A stretch of 64,000 bases of DNA from Verrucomicrobiota bacterium (GTDB lineage Bacteria > Verrucomicrobiota > Verrucomicrobiia > Limisphaerales > AAA164-E04): assembly GCA_047947115.1 (NCBI GenBank), contig CP170459.1, forward strand, positions 3,648,001 to 3,712,000. The letters run 5' to 3'. The translations under genes and the position numbers were made by a program. A model generated the notes under the pieces. The model was not told where the DNA came from and did no database searches. It was given only the letters and a program-made list of their open reading frames with translations. Every line of letters starts with the position of its first letter. Within the stretch, counting starts at the first letter, position 1. Below are positions 9,087 through 18,619 of the stretch, in pieces.

Positions 9087-10145
9087 ATGAAGAGTTACGA
9101 CATAGCAGTCATTGGCGGCGACGGAACAGGTCCCGAGGTAACACGCGAGTCCATCAAAGTTCTGGACGCTGCCGCAGCCAAGTTTGGTTTCAAACTCAAT
9201 TACACCGATTTCGATTTCGGCGGGGACCGTTATCTGCGCACCAACGAGGCTCTGCCCGACAGCGCGGCAGATGATCTGCGGCAATTCCCCGCCATTTTGT
9301 TGGGCGCCATTGGCCATCCCGACGTCAAACCCGGCATTCTTGAAAAAGGTATTTTGCTTCGCCTGCGTTTTGAGCTGGAACAATACATCAACCTGCGCCC
9401 GGTTAAGCTTTATGACGAGCGGTTCTGTCCATTAAAAGACAAGAAACCTGAGCATGTCGATTTCGTCGTGGTCCGCGAAAACAATGAAGGGCTTTATACT
9501 GGTTCCGGTGGATTTGTTTTCAAAGGAACTCCGCATGAAGTCGCCATCCAGGAAAGTGTCAACACCCGTCGTGGTGTCGAACGTTGTCTGCGTTTTGCTT
9601 TCGAATATGCACGTCGCCGCAACAAGGAAAACAAGCTGACCCTCTGTGGTAAGACCAATGTTTTGACCTATGCATTCGATTTGTGGGAGAGAGCTTTCCA
9701 TGAGATTGGCGAAAAGGACTTCTCAGATATCAAACGGGATTACGCGCATGTGGACGCAACCACCATGTGGTTTGTCAAAAATCCCGAATGGTTTGATGTC
9801 ATTGTGACCGACAACATGTTTGGCGACATCATCACCGACCTGGGAGCCATGGTGCAGGGTGGCATGGGGATCGCCGCCGGTGGTAACCTGAATCCCGAAG
9901 GAACCAGCATGTTCGAACCCATCGGTGGTAGTGCTCCGAAATACACCGGTCAGAACGTCATCAATCCATTGGCCGCCATCTGTGCCGGTCAGATGATGCT
10001 CGACTTCCTGGGTGAACGGGAAGCTGCCAAGTGCATCGAGGATACCGTGATCAAAGTAACCCGTGAGAAGATCAAGGACCTGGGGGCAGGCCGCATGGGA
10101 TACTCCACTACCGAAGTGGGCGATCTGGTGGCTGAAGGTCTCTAA
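9087..10145 (+). CDS. leuB: 3-isopropylmalate dehydrogenase
   Basis: [33 protein letters not shown] and FEPIGGSAP motifs. Confidence 0.88.
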   Translation: MKSYDIAVIGGDGTGPEVTRESIKVLDAAAAKFGFKLNYTDFDFGGDRYLRTNEALPDSAADDLRQFPAILLGAIGHPDVKPGILEKGILLRLRFELEQYINLRPVKLYDERFCPLKDKKPEHVDFVVVRENNEGLYTGSGGFVFKGTPHEVAIQESVNTRRGVERCLRFAFEYARRRNKENKLTLCGKTNVLTYAFDLWERAFHEIGEKDFSDIKRDYAHVDATTMWFVKNPEWFDVIVTDNMFGDIITDLGAMVQGGMGIAAGGNLNPEGTSMFEPIGGSAPKYTGQNVINPLAAICAGQMMLDFLGEREAAKCIEDTVIKVTREKIKDLGAGRMGYSTTEVGDLVAEGL

Positions 10146-10162
10146 GGCGTCATGATACTTTC

Positions 10163-10199
10163 AAAAAAAGACGGAAAGCATTCGCTTTCCGTCTTTTTT
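10163..10199. terminator. Rho-independent terminator (bidirectional form) after leuB
   Basis: A7-GACGGAAAGC-ATTC-GCTTTCCGTC-T6. Confidence 0.9.
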
Positions 10200-10309
10200 A
10201 TTTGTCTTCCGGGCATGGGGAGCATTGAATTCACTCTGTCCAGCCATTGGCTTTCCTTGGTGGATGGTGTTAGGTTTGGATTGGGACAAATACAACATAC
10301 GGTTAACGA

Positions 10310-11200
10310 ATGAAGGATGTTAAAAAAATTCTGTTGGCAACCGATTTTTCATCGGGCGCGACCGCCGCGCTGAAGCAGGGTGTTCGCATGTGCGAGCGTG
10401 ACGGCACTCAGCTTGAATTGCTCCATGTGGTGGATTCTCACGACATGGTGGATCTGGCGGAGGCGCTCAAACAGGGAGTGGAGGAGACTGCCAAACAATT
10501 TGAAGAAGACGCCACCACTCAGGTAGGCCAATGGCTGAATGATGCCGGAGTCGATCCATCCTATCCGGTCAACGTTGTTTCGGGGCAACCACTGGACCGT
10601 ATCATGCGTCACATCCGTGAGAAGGAAATAGACCTTCTTCTGGTGGGGCTGACGGGACAGGAACATGAAGATGCCAAAGACGCGGTGGGAGTGATGGCCA
10701 GTAAATTGATCCGGGTTTCACCAGTCCGCGTGCTTGCCGTTAAACCCGGGCAATCACAGGATTTTCGTCATGTGGTTGCCTGTGTTGATTTCTCGAAAAA
10801 CAGTCGGGAAGTCGTGCGTCAGGCCATATTGGTGGCGGAGATGGAGCAGAGCCATCTTTCTGTCATCCACGTTTTCAATCCACCCTGGCATCGCCTGCAT
10901 TATCGCGCTCCATCAACTGGTTCAGATGTGGCTTTTCAAAAGCGCTTTGAGACCGCTTTGACGCAGAAGTTGAAGGATTTTGCCCCCGTTCCCGACGGCA
11001 TCAAACATAACTACCACCTGGTGGATGCCTCCAATTGTGGTTATGGCATTGCCAGTTATGCCCGAAGATGTGGTGCGGACCTCATTGTAATGGGAACCAA
11101 AGGGAAGTCCAATCTGCACTATATGCTCACCGGTTCCACAGCTGAAAGAGTACTGCGCGAACTCCCATGCTCGGCTCTGGTCGTTAAACCGGTTGCCTGA
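10310..11200 (+). CDS. Universal stress protein (tandem UspA domains)
   Basis: ILLATDFS, VACVDFS and DLIVMGTKG...GSTAERVLRELPCSALVV. Confidence 0.9.
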   Translation: MKDVKKILLATDFSSGATAALKQGVRMCERDGTQLELLHVVDSHDMVDLAEALKQGVEETAKQFEEDATTQVGQWLNDAGVDPSYPVNVVSGQPLDRIMRHIREKEIDLLLVGLTGQEHEDAKDAVGVMASKLIRVSPVRVLAVKPGQSQDFRHVVACVDFSKNSREVVRQAILVAEMEQSHLSVIHVFNPPWHRLHYRAPSTGSDVAFQKRFETALTQKLKDFAPVPDGIKHNYHLVDASNCGYGIASYARRCGADLIVMGTKGKSNLHYMLTGSTAERVLRELPCSALVVKPVA

Positions 11201-11331
11201 CGAGTGTTAATACGGTTTGTCTGATAAATCTGATCCGCCCTCTGCCCGGGGATGCGATAGGAATCTCGGGCATTTTATGTCCACGGGAATCCTTTTATGG
11301 ATGACAAGCTGAGAAGAGAGTCCGGGGGATA

Positions 11332-11356
11332 GCCCGACGAGACCCCACGTTCTAAC
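11332..11356 (-). repeat. Solitary REP-like copy
   Basis: Reverse complement GTTAGAACGTGGGGTCTCGTCGGGC resembles GGTAGAGCGTGGCGTCTCGGCGCGC at 13626-13650. Confidence 0.5.
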
Positions 11357-11392
11357 TCCGGCACATTTTTCTACGCTTTGAAAAGGATGGGT

Positions 11393-12193
11393 TCAGATCG
11401 CAACGGATGAGTGCTGACGCTGTGAAAAACGTCGCCAGTGGGTGTATCCAACCCGCTTGGCCAGCTGGACTGCCTCGGTGAAGTCGGCTCCGACTTCGTT
11501 CGGGGCATGGGCATCCGAGCCAAAAGTCAGTGCGACACCCATTTGCTGAGCCATTTGCAAGAGATCGGGACAGGGATACATTTCCTTACATTCTTTGCGC
11601 AGACCGGCTGTGTTGATTTCGATGGCAACATCGTGTTCCCTGGCGGCGGTCAGGAACTGGCGATACCAGGGAGTCGGATCCTTTTGCGGTCGGTAGTTGA
11701 ATTTTTTGCACAAATCGGCGTGACCGATTATCTGGTATAGTCCGGAACTTGCGGCTTGGGTGAGCCGGTCAAAATAGGCCTCCCAAATACCATCCACATC
11801 TCCTTGTTCCCACCGATCTTTCTTGTTGGGATTGTCGATGTCGAATTCGTCGCTGATGTAGTGCACCGATCCGATGAAGTAATCGAAGGAACGTTTGCTT
11901 TCCAGTTCCCGAACCCAATCTTCATGCCCGGGAATGAAATCGACTTCCAATGCCAGCTTGATCTGTAATTCGGGGAAATCTGTCTGCGCCTTGCGTACAT
12001 TTTCCACATAGAGGTTCAGGTCCTCCAGGTACATATGCCAGTCATCCCAATCATCCTTCATCATGGGGTTGTGCTCGGAAAAACCGATTTCGGTCAATCC
12101 TTTGGCCACCGCTTGCTCCGCCAGTTCCCAGGGTTCACCCTTGGCGTGATGGCAAAGGGGGGTGTGCATGTGATAATCCGCCGGCAAATTCAT
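11393..12193 (-). CDS. Histidinol-phosphatase, PHP/HisJ family
   Basis: DYHMHT, SEH, GSVH, GHAD, EINT and GSDAH motifs. Confidence 0.85.
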   Translation of the reverse strand: MNLPADYHMHTPLCHHAKGEPWELAEQAVAKGLTEIGFSEHNPMMKDDWDDWHMYLEDLNLYVENVRKAQTDFPELQIKLALEVDFIPGHEDWVRELESKRSFDYFIGSVHYISDEFDIDNPNKKDRWEQGDVDGIWEAYFDRLTQAASSGLYQIIGHADLCKKFNYRPQKDPTPWYRQFLTAAREHDVAIEINTAGLRKECKEMYPCPDLLQMAQQMGVALTFGSDAHAPNEVGADFTEAVQLAKRVGYTHWRRFSQRQHSSVAI

Positions 12194-12318
12194 CGCCTCA
12201 AACCATTGTGTAACTTGGTTGATTTGCCAAGTTTTTAGTTCCAAACGATCTTTGAAACGTTGAGATGTTTTGATGATAAGGCCTGGATTCGGCGGCATTG
12301 TTTTGGTATTCATGCTTG

Positions 12319-13422
12319 ATGCTTACTCAAATACGACCGATGGGTATTGCTTTGTGCTGCCTGAACTTGATCCTCCTTTTCTCCCAGGCCAAAGCTCAGC
12401 CTGTCGTGCACGCGGACCGAACGGTGACATTCACCCTGTATTCACCGGGTGCAGGCAAAGTTCAACTGAATGGATTGCCAGGCATTGGTTCGGTGCAGAT
12501 GCACAAAGCAGGGGAAGGGAACTGGGAGATTACCGTCGGACCGTTTGAACCGGATCTTTACAGTTATAGTTTTGCGGTGGATGGCGCATTGACCATTGAT
12601 CCCAAAAACCGGAACGTCAAAAAATGGCGTACACTCAACTCCATGGTGGAAGTCCCCGGAGAAAACCCTCAATCGCTGCATGCTCTCAAAGATGTGCCTC
12701 ACGGAACCGTGCATCGCCATTACTATCACTCATTGGTAGCCGGATCCCAACGTTCATTGCTCGTTTACACCCCGGCTTCCTATGTTTCTGATCGTGAGGC
12801 TCGGTTTCCTGTTTTGTTCCTCTTACACGGTTTCGGGGATGATGAAACCGCTTGGACTGAAGTGGGAAGGGCTCATTTTATTGCCGATAATTTGATGGCG
12901 GATGAGCGTGCCAAACCGATGATCATCGTCATGCCGAATGGCCATCCTGTTCTCATTCCGGATGGACAGCGTCCCGAGAATTACAGTGAAGATAACCGAC
13001 GCGCTTTGGATGCCGAAATCCGCAACGAATTGATTCCATTTCTGGAGGGGCATTATCGCATTGAAACGGATGCTTCAAAACGGGCAATCCTTGGTTTGTC
13101 GATGGGAGGTGGACAGTCTCTTGACATTGGGCTGACACATCTGGATCTATTTCAGTGGGTGGGCGGATTCAGTTCGGCGGCGCCGGGAGGTAATTTGAAT
13201 GAACACTTTTCGACTCTCAAAGACGCCACCTCATCCAGCCGCCCCGAATTGCTATGGATTGCTTGTGGTAAAGAGGATTCTCTTCTGGAACGTAATGAAA
13301 CCTTTGTCGCCTGGTTGAAAGAACAATCCATGCAGCACACCTGGCGCCTCACCGAAGGTGGCCATGAATGGCGCGTTTGGCGACGATATTTGACCGAGTT
13401 GTTGCCGTTGCTTTTCCGGTGA
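12319..13422 (+). CDS. Exported esterase (N-terminal CBM48/E-set domain plus CE1-like alpha/beta hydrolase)
   Basis: LLHGFGD, GLSMGG nucleophile elbow and GGHEW; start uncertain. Confidence 0.8.
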   Translation: MLTQIRPMGIALCCLNLILLFSQAKAQPVVHADRTVTFTLYSPGAGKVQLNGLPGIGSVQMHKAGEGNWEITVGPFEPDLYSYSFAVDGALTIDPKNRNVKKWRTLNSMVEVPGENPQSLHALKDVPHGTVHRHYYHSLVAGSQRSLLVYTPASYVSDREARFPVLFLLHGFGDDETAWTEVGRAHFIADNLMADERAKPMIIVMPNGHPVLIPDGQRPENYSEDNRRALDAEIRNELIPFLEGHYRIETDASKRAILGLSMGGGQSLDIGLTHLDLFQWVGGFSSAAPGGNLNEHFSTLKDATSSSRPELLWIACGKEDSLLERNETFVAWLKEQSMQHTWRLTEGGHEWRVWRRYLTELLPLLFR

Positions 13423-13450
13423 ATTTTAGAATCGACCTGCAGCATGCCCA

Positions 13451-13651
13451 AGGTAGAACGTGCCTGCCTGTCCCGCGACTGCGTGGATCCTTGGCGCTTT
13501 CCTCGCGGCGTCGGAATTGCCATGAACGTTCCTTTTGGGAAGCCCGCGATATGGAAAGTCGGGTGTTGGGTGTCCTTGGGTTTTCCTTTGTGTGGTGATT
13601 CCGGAATAAGGATGTCCTGAGGGTTGCGCGCCGAGACGCCACGCTCTACCT
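13451..13651. repeat. REPIN/MITE-like element bounded by inverted AGGTAG-type REPs
   Basis: AGGTAGAACGTG... at 13451 and inverted ...CACGCTCTACCT ending at 13651; internal CGTTCC-TTTTGGGAAGCCC shared with the element at 38383-38539. Confidence 0.6.
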
Positions 13652-13666
13652 CACCCGGCGAGTTTA

Positions 13667-13701
13667 ATTCACCATTCACCATTCACTATTTACTATTCAC
13701 C
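13667..13701. repeat. Heptamer tandem repeat (ATTCACC-like) x5
   Basis: ATTCACC ATTCACC ATTCACT ATTTACT ATTCACC, overlapping the pyrF stop codon. Confidence 0.75.
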
Positions 13702-14412
13702 ATTTGAAAGCAGGGATTCGTAAATGTTTTGGGCCGCTAGCGCCGCATTGGGAGCGGCTGTGATAGGGCGACCTATTACAAGACGGCTGGCTCCTGCGTC
13801 CATGGCTTCCTTCGGCCCGAGGGTGCGTTTCTGATCTCCCATGGCATCACTTTTGGCTCGGATGCCGGGGGTGACCAGATGGATGGAATCCGGAAGGATG
13901 CTCCTTAGTCGCGGTAGTTCCAAGGGGGAGCAGACCAATCCGCGCAATCCATTCGAAACGGCCATTTCAGCCAGCCGGGCGACTTGATCTTCAAGGGCAT
14001 CCTTCACGCCGGTGGCAGTCAATTGATCCTGATTCATGCTCGTGAGCACCGTGACTCCGAGAACAACCGGTGCCTTGATGCCCAATGTAGCGGCGGTTTC
14101 CTGAGCAGCGTTTTCTGCGGCTTTGACCATTTCTGGACCGCCTGAGCAATGAATGGTCAACCAATCCACATTCAATCGAGTGGCATTTGCCACCGCTTTG
14201 GCGACCGTGTTGGGGATGTCGTGAAATTTTAAGTCGAGAAAAAGTTCTTTCCCAAATTGCTTGATGTCCTGAACGACTTCCTTGCCTCCATGTGTGAAAA
14301 GTTCCAGTCCAACCTTGAAACCGCCGACGTGCGGCGACAGGACCTTGGCGATTTCGATGGCTTTCTCTGAGGTTGGTACATCCAGGGGGATCAATATAGG
14401 GTTTGTATCCAT
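13693..14412 (-). CDS. pyrF: Orotidine-5'-phosphate decarboxylase
   Basis: FLDLKFHDIPNTV, VTVLTS, TPGIR, DQKR and VIGRPIT motifs. Confidence 0.95.
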   Translation of the reverse strand: MDTNPILIPLDVPTSEKAIEIAKVLSPHVGGFKVGLELFTHGGKEVVQDIKQFGKELFLDLKFHDIPNTVAKAVANATRLNVDWLTIHCSGGPEMVKAAENAAQETAATLGIKAPVVLGVTVLTSMNQDQLTATGVKDALEDQVARLAEMAVSNGLRGLVCSPLELPRLRSILPDSIHLVTPGIRAKSDAMGDQKRTLGPKEAMDAGASRLVIGRPITAAPNAALAAQNIYESLLSNGE

Positions 14413-14444
14413 GTTCTGATGGTTATGACGGTATGCCGGGCGGA

Positions 14445-16676
14445 TTAAAGGCCCAGTTCTTTCAGTTTGGGTTCCATGGCTTCCGCCCACAGACGATATC
14501 CATCGGCATTCAGGTGCAGCGCATCCGGCATGATGGATGCCGGCAGTTGACCATCCTCATTGAGAAAGACTTCGCCGATGTCCAGGTAGTGGACACGCTT
14601 TCCATCCGCGTAACGGCGAATGATCTGGTTGATACCCTGATTGATGATTCGTCCACGGTCGAAGGGAGTGCGACCTCTGGGAAAGACTCCGAGCAGTAGC
14701 ACTTTTGTGTCCGGTGTACGCTCTTCCAGAATGTCCAGAATGCGCTGAACGCCTGCCGCCGTTTCCGCAGGATCCTGTGCCTTATGGCCAGTGTTATTCG
14801 TCCCGATCATGACGACGGCAACTTTAGGGGAGATACCGTTGAGGTGTCCCTTTGTCAGTCTCCAGATCACATGTTCGGTACGGTCCCCGCCGAATCCGAG
14901 GTTCACCGGTTTACGATTGGCATAGTATTCGGCCCATACCTCCTTGCCGTTGCCTTCCCAGCCCTGAGTGATGGAATCCCCGATGAAGGCGAGATCGACA
15001 TTTCCTTCACGCACAATGGCGCGTTTTGCCTGGTCCCGTTCGTTCCACCAGCCCTCATCGCCGCGCGAATTGGGGATGACTGCCGGGTTCACGTCATAGA
15101 ATGTTCGGATGTCATTGTATCTTTGCTGCAGGCCTGCAAGGATATCCTTGTAAGCAGGATCATTGTGGAGACTTTTCATTTCATGCGGATCGGCGTCCAA
15201 ATCAAACAGACTCCACTCACGGGTGCGAGGGAAAAACATGAGTTTGTGGTTTTCCGTCCGAACACCATCCTGAATCGGGACGGCATGCACCGCGGCATTT
15301 TCATAGTAGGCGTAATAAATCGCATCCCGCCAATCCGGTGTTTTGGCGCCACCGTTCTCGAACAGAGGTTTCAGGCTGCGTCCCTGCATTTCTTCCGGCA
15401 CGTCCACCCCGGCGATGTCCAAAAAGGTGGGGCCGTAATCAATGTTCTGAATGAGCGCATTGGAACGTGTGCCGGGTTTGATCTTGCCGGGCCAGCGGAC
15501 GAGGAAAGGCATCTTGAGCGATTCTTCAAACATCCAGCGCTTGTCGTACCAACCATGCTCGCCCAGATAGAATCCCTGGTCGGAGGAGTAAATGACAATG
15601 GTGTTTTCGGAAAGGTCGTTCTGGTCAAGGAAATCCAGAATGCGCCCGACACTGTCGTCCACCGCCTGGACGGACCCAAGGTAATCGTGCATGTATCGCT
15701 GGTATTTCCAGCGGAGGATTTCTTCCTCTGACATTTCTCCCGACTTCATCTTATGGATGAAAGACTGGTTTTGCGGCTCATAGTAATCGTCCCAAGTCGC
15801 CTTTTGTTCGGGAGTCATCCGGGCATATTCTCCGTTTCCAAGGTTCTGGAAGTGTTCCGTGAACTGATTGTCCCCATGAAACTTTGCGTCGTGTCCCCAG
15901 TGGAAATGATCCTTGATCGTCATTTCGTTTTCCTGAAGCAGTTTGGATCTGCCCGCATAATCATCCATCAATGAATCCGGCTCAGGAATACTGCCCATGG
16001 GATAACGTCCAAAGTGACGCGGGTGAGGGGACCAGTTGCGATGGGGCGCTTTGTGTTGGCACATCAGCATGAATGGCTGGTCGCTTTCTTTCTGTTCCTT
16101 CATCCAGTCCAACGCCAGGTCGGTGATTTGGTCGGTACAGTAGTTCTGGTAGCGTTTGCGGGTGCCATCCATCTGTATGAGGTCCGGATTGTAATAGTTG
16201 CCCTGACCTGGAAGGATTTCCCAGTAGTCAAATCCCACTGGATCGCTGCCCAGATGCCATTTGCCGATAACAGCGGTTTTGTATCCGGCTCCTTGCAGCA
16301 GTTTTGGAAAGGTTGTCTGATTCGGGTCGAAGCGGTCCCCATTGCGCAAAAAACCGTTCAAATGACTATGTTTGCCGCTCAAAATGCAGGCACGTGATGG
16401 GCCACACAGCGAATTGGCGCAAAAGGAATTCACATACAAAGCACCTTCGTGAGCCAACCGATCAATGTGCGGTGTGCGGTTGACCTTCGATCCATACGCC
16501 CCAATGGCCTGAACTGCATGATCATCGCTGAAAATGAACACGATATTCGGGCGCTTGGCTGCTTGCAATGGCGCAGCACACAAGAGAGCGAAAGCAGTCA
16601 GACAGGTTCCTGCCAGGTATCGGCTCAAACTAGATGGGCGCAACCGTCGAAAAAATCGATCCAAAGGAATTTGCAT
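14445..16676 (-). CDS. Sulfatase fused to a C-terminal SGNH/GDSL acetylesterase-like domain
   Basis: CGPSRACILSG, GKWH and DKRWMFEES in the N-terminal part; GDSIT, GFGGD, GTNN and DALH in the C-terminal part. Confidence 0.88.
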   Translation of the reverse strand: MQIPLDRFFRRLRPSSLSRYLAGTCLTAFALLCAAPLQAAKRPNIVFIFSDDHAVQAIGAYGSKVNRTPHIDRLAHEGALYVNSFCANSLCGPSRACILSGKHSHLNGFLRNGDRFDPNQTTFPKLLQGAGYKTAVIGKWHLGSDPVGFDYWEILPGQGNYYNPDLIQMDGTRKRYQNYCTDQITDLALDWMKEQKESDQPFMLMCQHKAPHRNWSPHPRHFGRYPMGSIPEPDSLMDDYAGRSKLLQENEMTIKDHFHWGHDAKFHGDNQFTEHFQNLGNGEYARMTPEQKATWDDYYEPQNQSFIHKMKSGEMSEEEILRWKYQRYMHDYLGSVQAVDDSVGRILDFLDQNDLSENTIVIYSSDQGFYLGEHGWYDKRWMFEESLKMPFLVRWPGKIKPGTRSNALIQNIDYGPTFLDIAGVDVPEEMQGRSLKPLFENGGAKTPDWRDAIYYAYYENAAVHAVPIQDGVRTENHKLMFFPRTREWSLFDLDADPHEMKSLHNDPAYKDILAGLQQRYNDIRTFYDVNPAVIPNSRGDEGWWNERDQAKRAIVREGNVDLAFIGDSITQGWEGNGKEVWAEYYANRKPVNLGFGGDRTEHVIWRLTKGHLNGISPKVAVVMIGTNNTGHKAQDPAETAAGVQRILDILEERTPDTKVLLLGVFPRGRTPFDRGRIINQGINQIIRRYADGKRVHYLDIGEVFLNEDGQLPASIMPDALHLNADGYRLWAEAMEPKLKELGL

Positions 16677-16783
16677 GTCAACAGACTCCGCAAGACGGCC
16701 CGCTTAGTCAAGTCAGTCCTTGACTCATCTCAAACAAAACCAACACTCGCCAGTTCTTCTGGTTCCAAGTATAAAGGAGGCAC

Positions 16784-18619
16784 GTGAAAGGTATCGGGGC
16801 CATGGTTCAATCTCTGTTGCAATCCTGTCATTTGTTCGTGCGTCGGCATTGGCAGGGGTTTTTGGCGTGGAGGGAACGGTTTCGATTCACCGAAGAAGCC
16901 TTGCATCTGGTGATTGCCGGGGGAATCGGCGTCATCGGGGGCGTGGTGAATGTGGTGTTCGTGCAGATTATTGTAGGTTTTCAACATCTGGTCTGGAAGA
17001 ACCAGGGTGCCAATGACCTGTCCCCGTTTCAGGGGAGTGAATGGGAGCGTTTGCTGGCTCCCGTTCTCGGGGGAATTGCTGCAGGTCTGATGCTTTATCT
17101 GGGACTCAGGTGGGCGGGCAGGAAGGGAAGTAATAATTTTCTCGAAGCTGTTTCGATGGGGGATGGTAAGTTACCCTTTCGAAGTGCCGTGAGTCAGGCT
17201 TTGTCCTCGATGGTCAGTATCATTTCGGGTGCTACGATTGGCCGTGAGGGTTCCATTACCCAGTTTACCAGCACGCTCGCTTCAAAGTGGGGGAGTTTGG
17301 CTAAGTGGCATCCTTATCGGGTTCGATTGATGGTGGCTTGTGGGGCCGCTTCCGGGATGGCGGCTGCTTATAATGCCCCGATTGCCGGAGCGGTTTTTGC
17401 GGCTCACATTGTCCTTGGCAATTTTTCCATGCACTTGTTCGCACCGCTGGTTTTTTCTTCGGTGATTGCTTCGATGGTTTCCAGAAGTTTTTTCGGAATG
17501 GAACCGCTTTATCATGCTTCTTCCGAAATGACCATCACCCTGATCCAGCTTCCCTGGTTCGTGATTCTGGGGATAGTGTGCGGTCTGGTGGGAGCATTGT
17601 TTCTGAAATCCATGAACTGGTTGCGTGGTTTGGTGCAGAAAATGTCAATGCCGCTTCCATTACAACTCGGGTTGGGAGGGCTGGCCATAGGTGGTGTTGC
17701 TTATTCTTTTCCTCAGGTTTTGGGGAATGGTTACTCCGGGGTGAACCTGATTTTGGCGCATCAAATGGAGTTGACCGCGGTGCTCGCTTTGTTTGCCCTC
17801 CGCTGGTTGGCGACCATTGTTGCTGTTGGTTCGGGAGCCGTGGGCGGTGTGATGACGCCGACTTTGTTTTTGGGCGCTGCTTTGGGTGGTGTGTTTGGAC
17901 TTTATACCCTGCAGGAACAATGGCACCTGGGGATTCCTGTCGGGGTGTTCGCCCTGGTCGGCATGAGCGGCATGCTGGCGGCCACCACGCACAGCCCGCT
18001 GCTGGCGATGATTATGGTTTTTGAGATTTCGTTGAATTACAACCTCATGCCAGCGCTCATGATCGCCTCCGCCATCGCTACTCTGGTCGCCAGACAGGTG
18101 CATTCTTCCAATATCTACACCGAGGCACTCTATGCCAGGGGGATGGACGGCACCTGGGAATCTGATCAGGTCGGTGAAGCTTCCCGGCAAAGGGTGGGGG
18201 ATCTCATGCGACATCCCGTGCCCCCGCTGCGGGATAATTGTCTGTTTCCGGATATTGCCGATCGGTTCATTACGTGTTCGTTTCATTTTCTACCCGTCGT
18301 GGACGATCAGAACCGTTTGCTGGGGATGGTGGCTTTGAGTGATTTGAAGGAGTATTTGCACATGGGGGAACAGTTGAAGAGTGTGATTGCCTATGATATC
18401 ATGCGGCCCGCTTCCAAATGCCTCACACCGGGACAACGTCTCGATGAGGCTTTGCCCATTTTGCTGGAGGCTGAAATGCGCAATGTGCCGGTGGTGAATA
18501 ATCGTCGTGAGAAGCGACTGGTAGGGGCTGTAAACCGCGCCGAAGCTCTGGGGCAGTTGGCCGAAGCCATGACTTCGAGGAGTGTCAAAGGCTCAGTGGA
18601 ATCAAGCGAAAAAAAATGA
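16784..18619 (+). CDS. ClcB-like CLC chloride channel/transporter with CBS pair
   Basis: GREGS, GMAAAYNAPIAG and GGVMTP motifs; two C-terminal CBS domains. Confidence 0.88.
   Translation: MKGIGAMVQSLLQSCHLFVRRHWQGFLAWRERFRFTEEALHLVIAGGIGVIGGVVNVVFVQIIVGFQHLVWKNQGANDLSPFQGSEWERLLAPVLGGIAAGLMLYLGLRWAGRKGSNNFLEAVSMGDGKLPFRSAVSQALSSMVSIISGATIGREGSITQFTSTLASKWGSLAKWHPYRVRLMVACGAASGMAAAYNAPIAGAVFAAHIVLGNFSMHLFAPLVFSSVIASMVSRSFFGMEPLYHASSEMTITLIQLPWFVILGIVCGLVGALFLKSMNWLRGLVQKMSMPLPLQLGLGGLAIGGVAYSFPQVLGNGYSGVNLILAHQMELTAVLALFALRWLATIVAVGSGAVGGVMTPTLFLGAALGGVFGLYTLQEQWHLGIPVGVFALVGMSGMLAATTHSPLLAMIMVFEISLNYNLMPALMIASAIATLVARQVHSSNIYTEALYARGMDGTWESDQVGEASRQRVGDLMRHPVPPLRDNCLFPDIADRFITCSFHFLPVVDDQNRLLGMVALSDLKEYLHMGEQLKSVIAYDIMRPASKCLTPGQRLDEALPILLEAEMRNVPVVNNRREKRLVGAVNRAEALGQLAEAMTSRSVKGSVESSEKK

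Noticed and set aside
16784..18619. Fluoride-specific CLC-F exporter
   Set aside because: Has GREGS and GVMTP rather than GREGT and GEVTP, and no fluoride riboswitch was seen.
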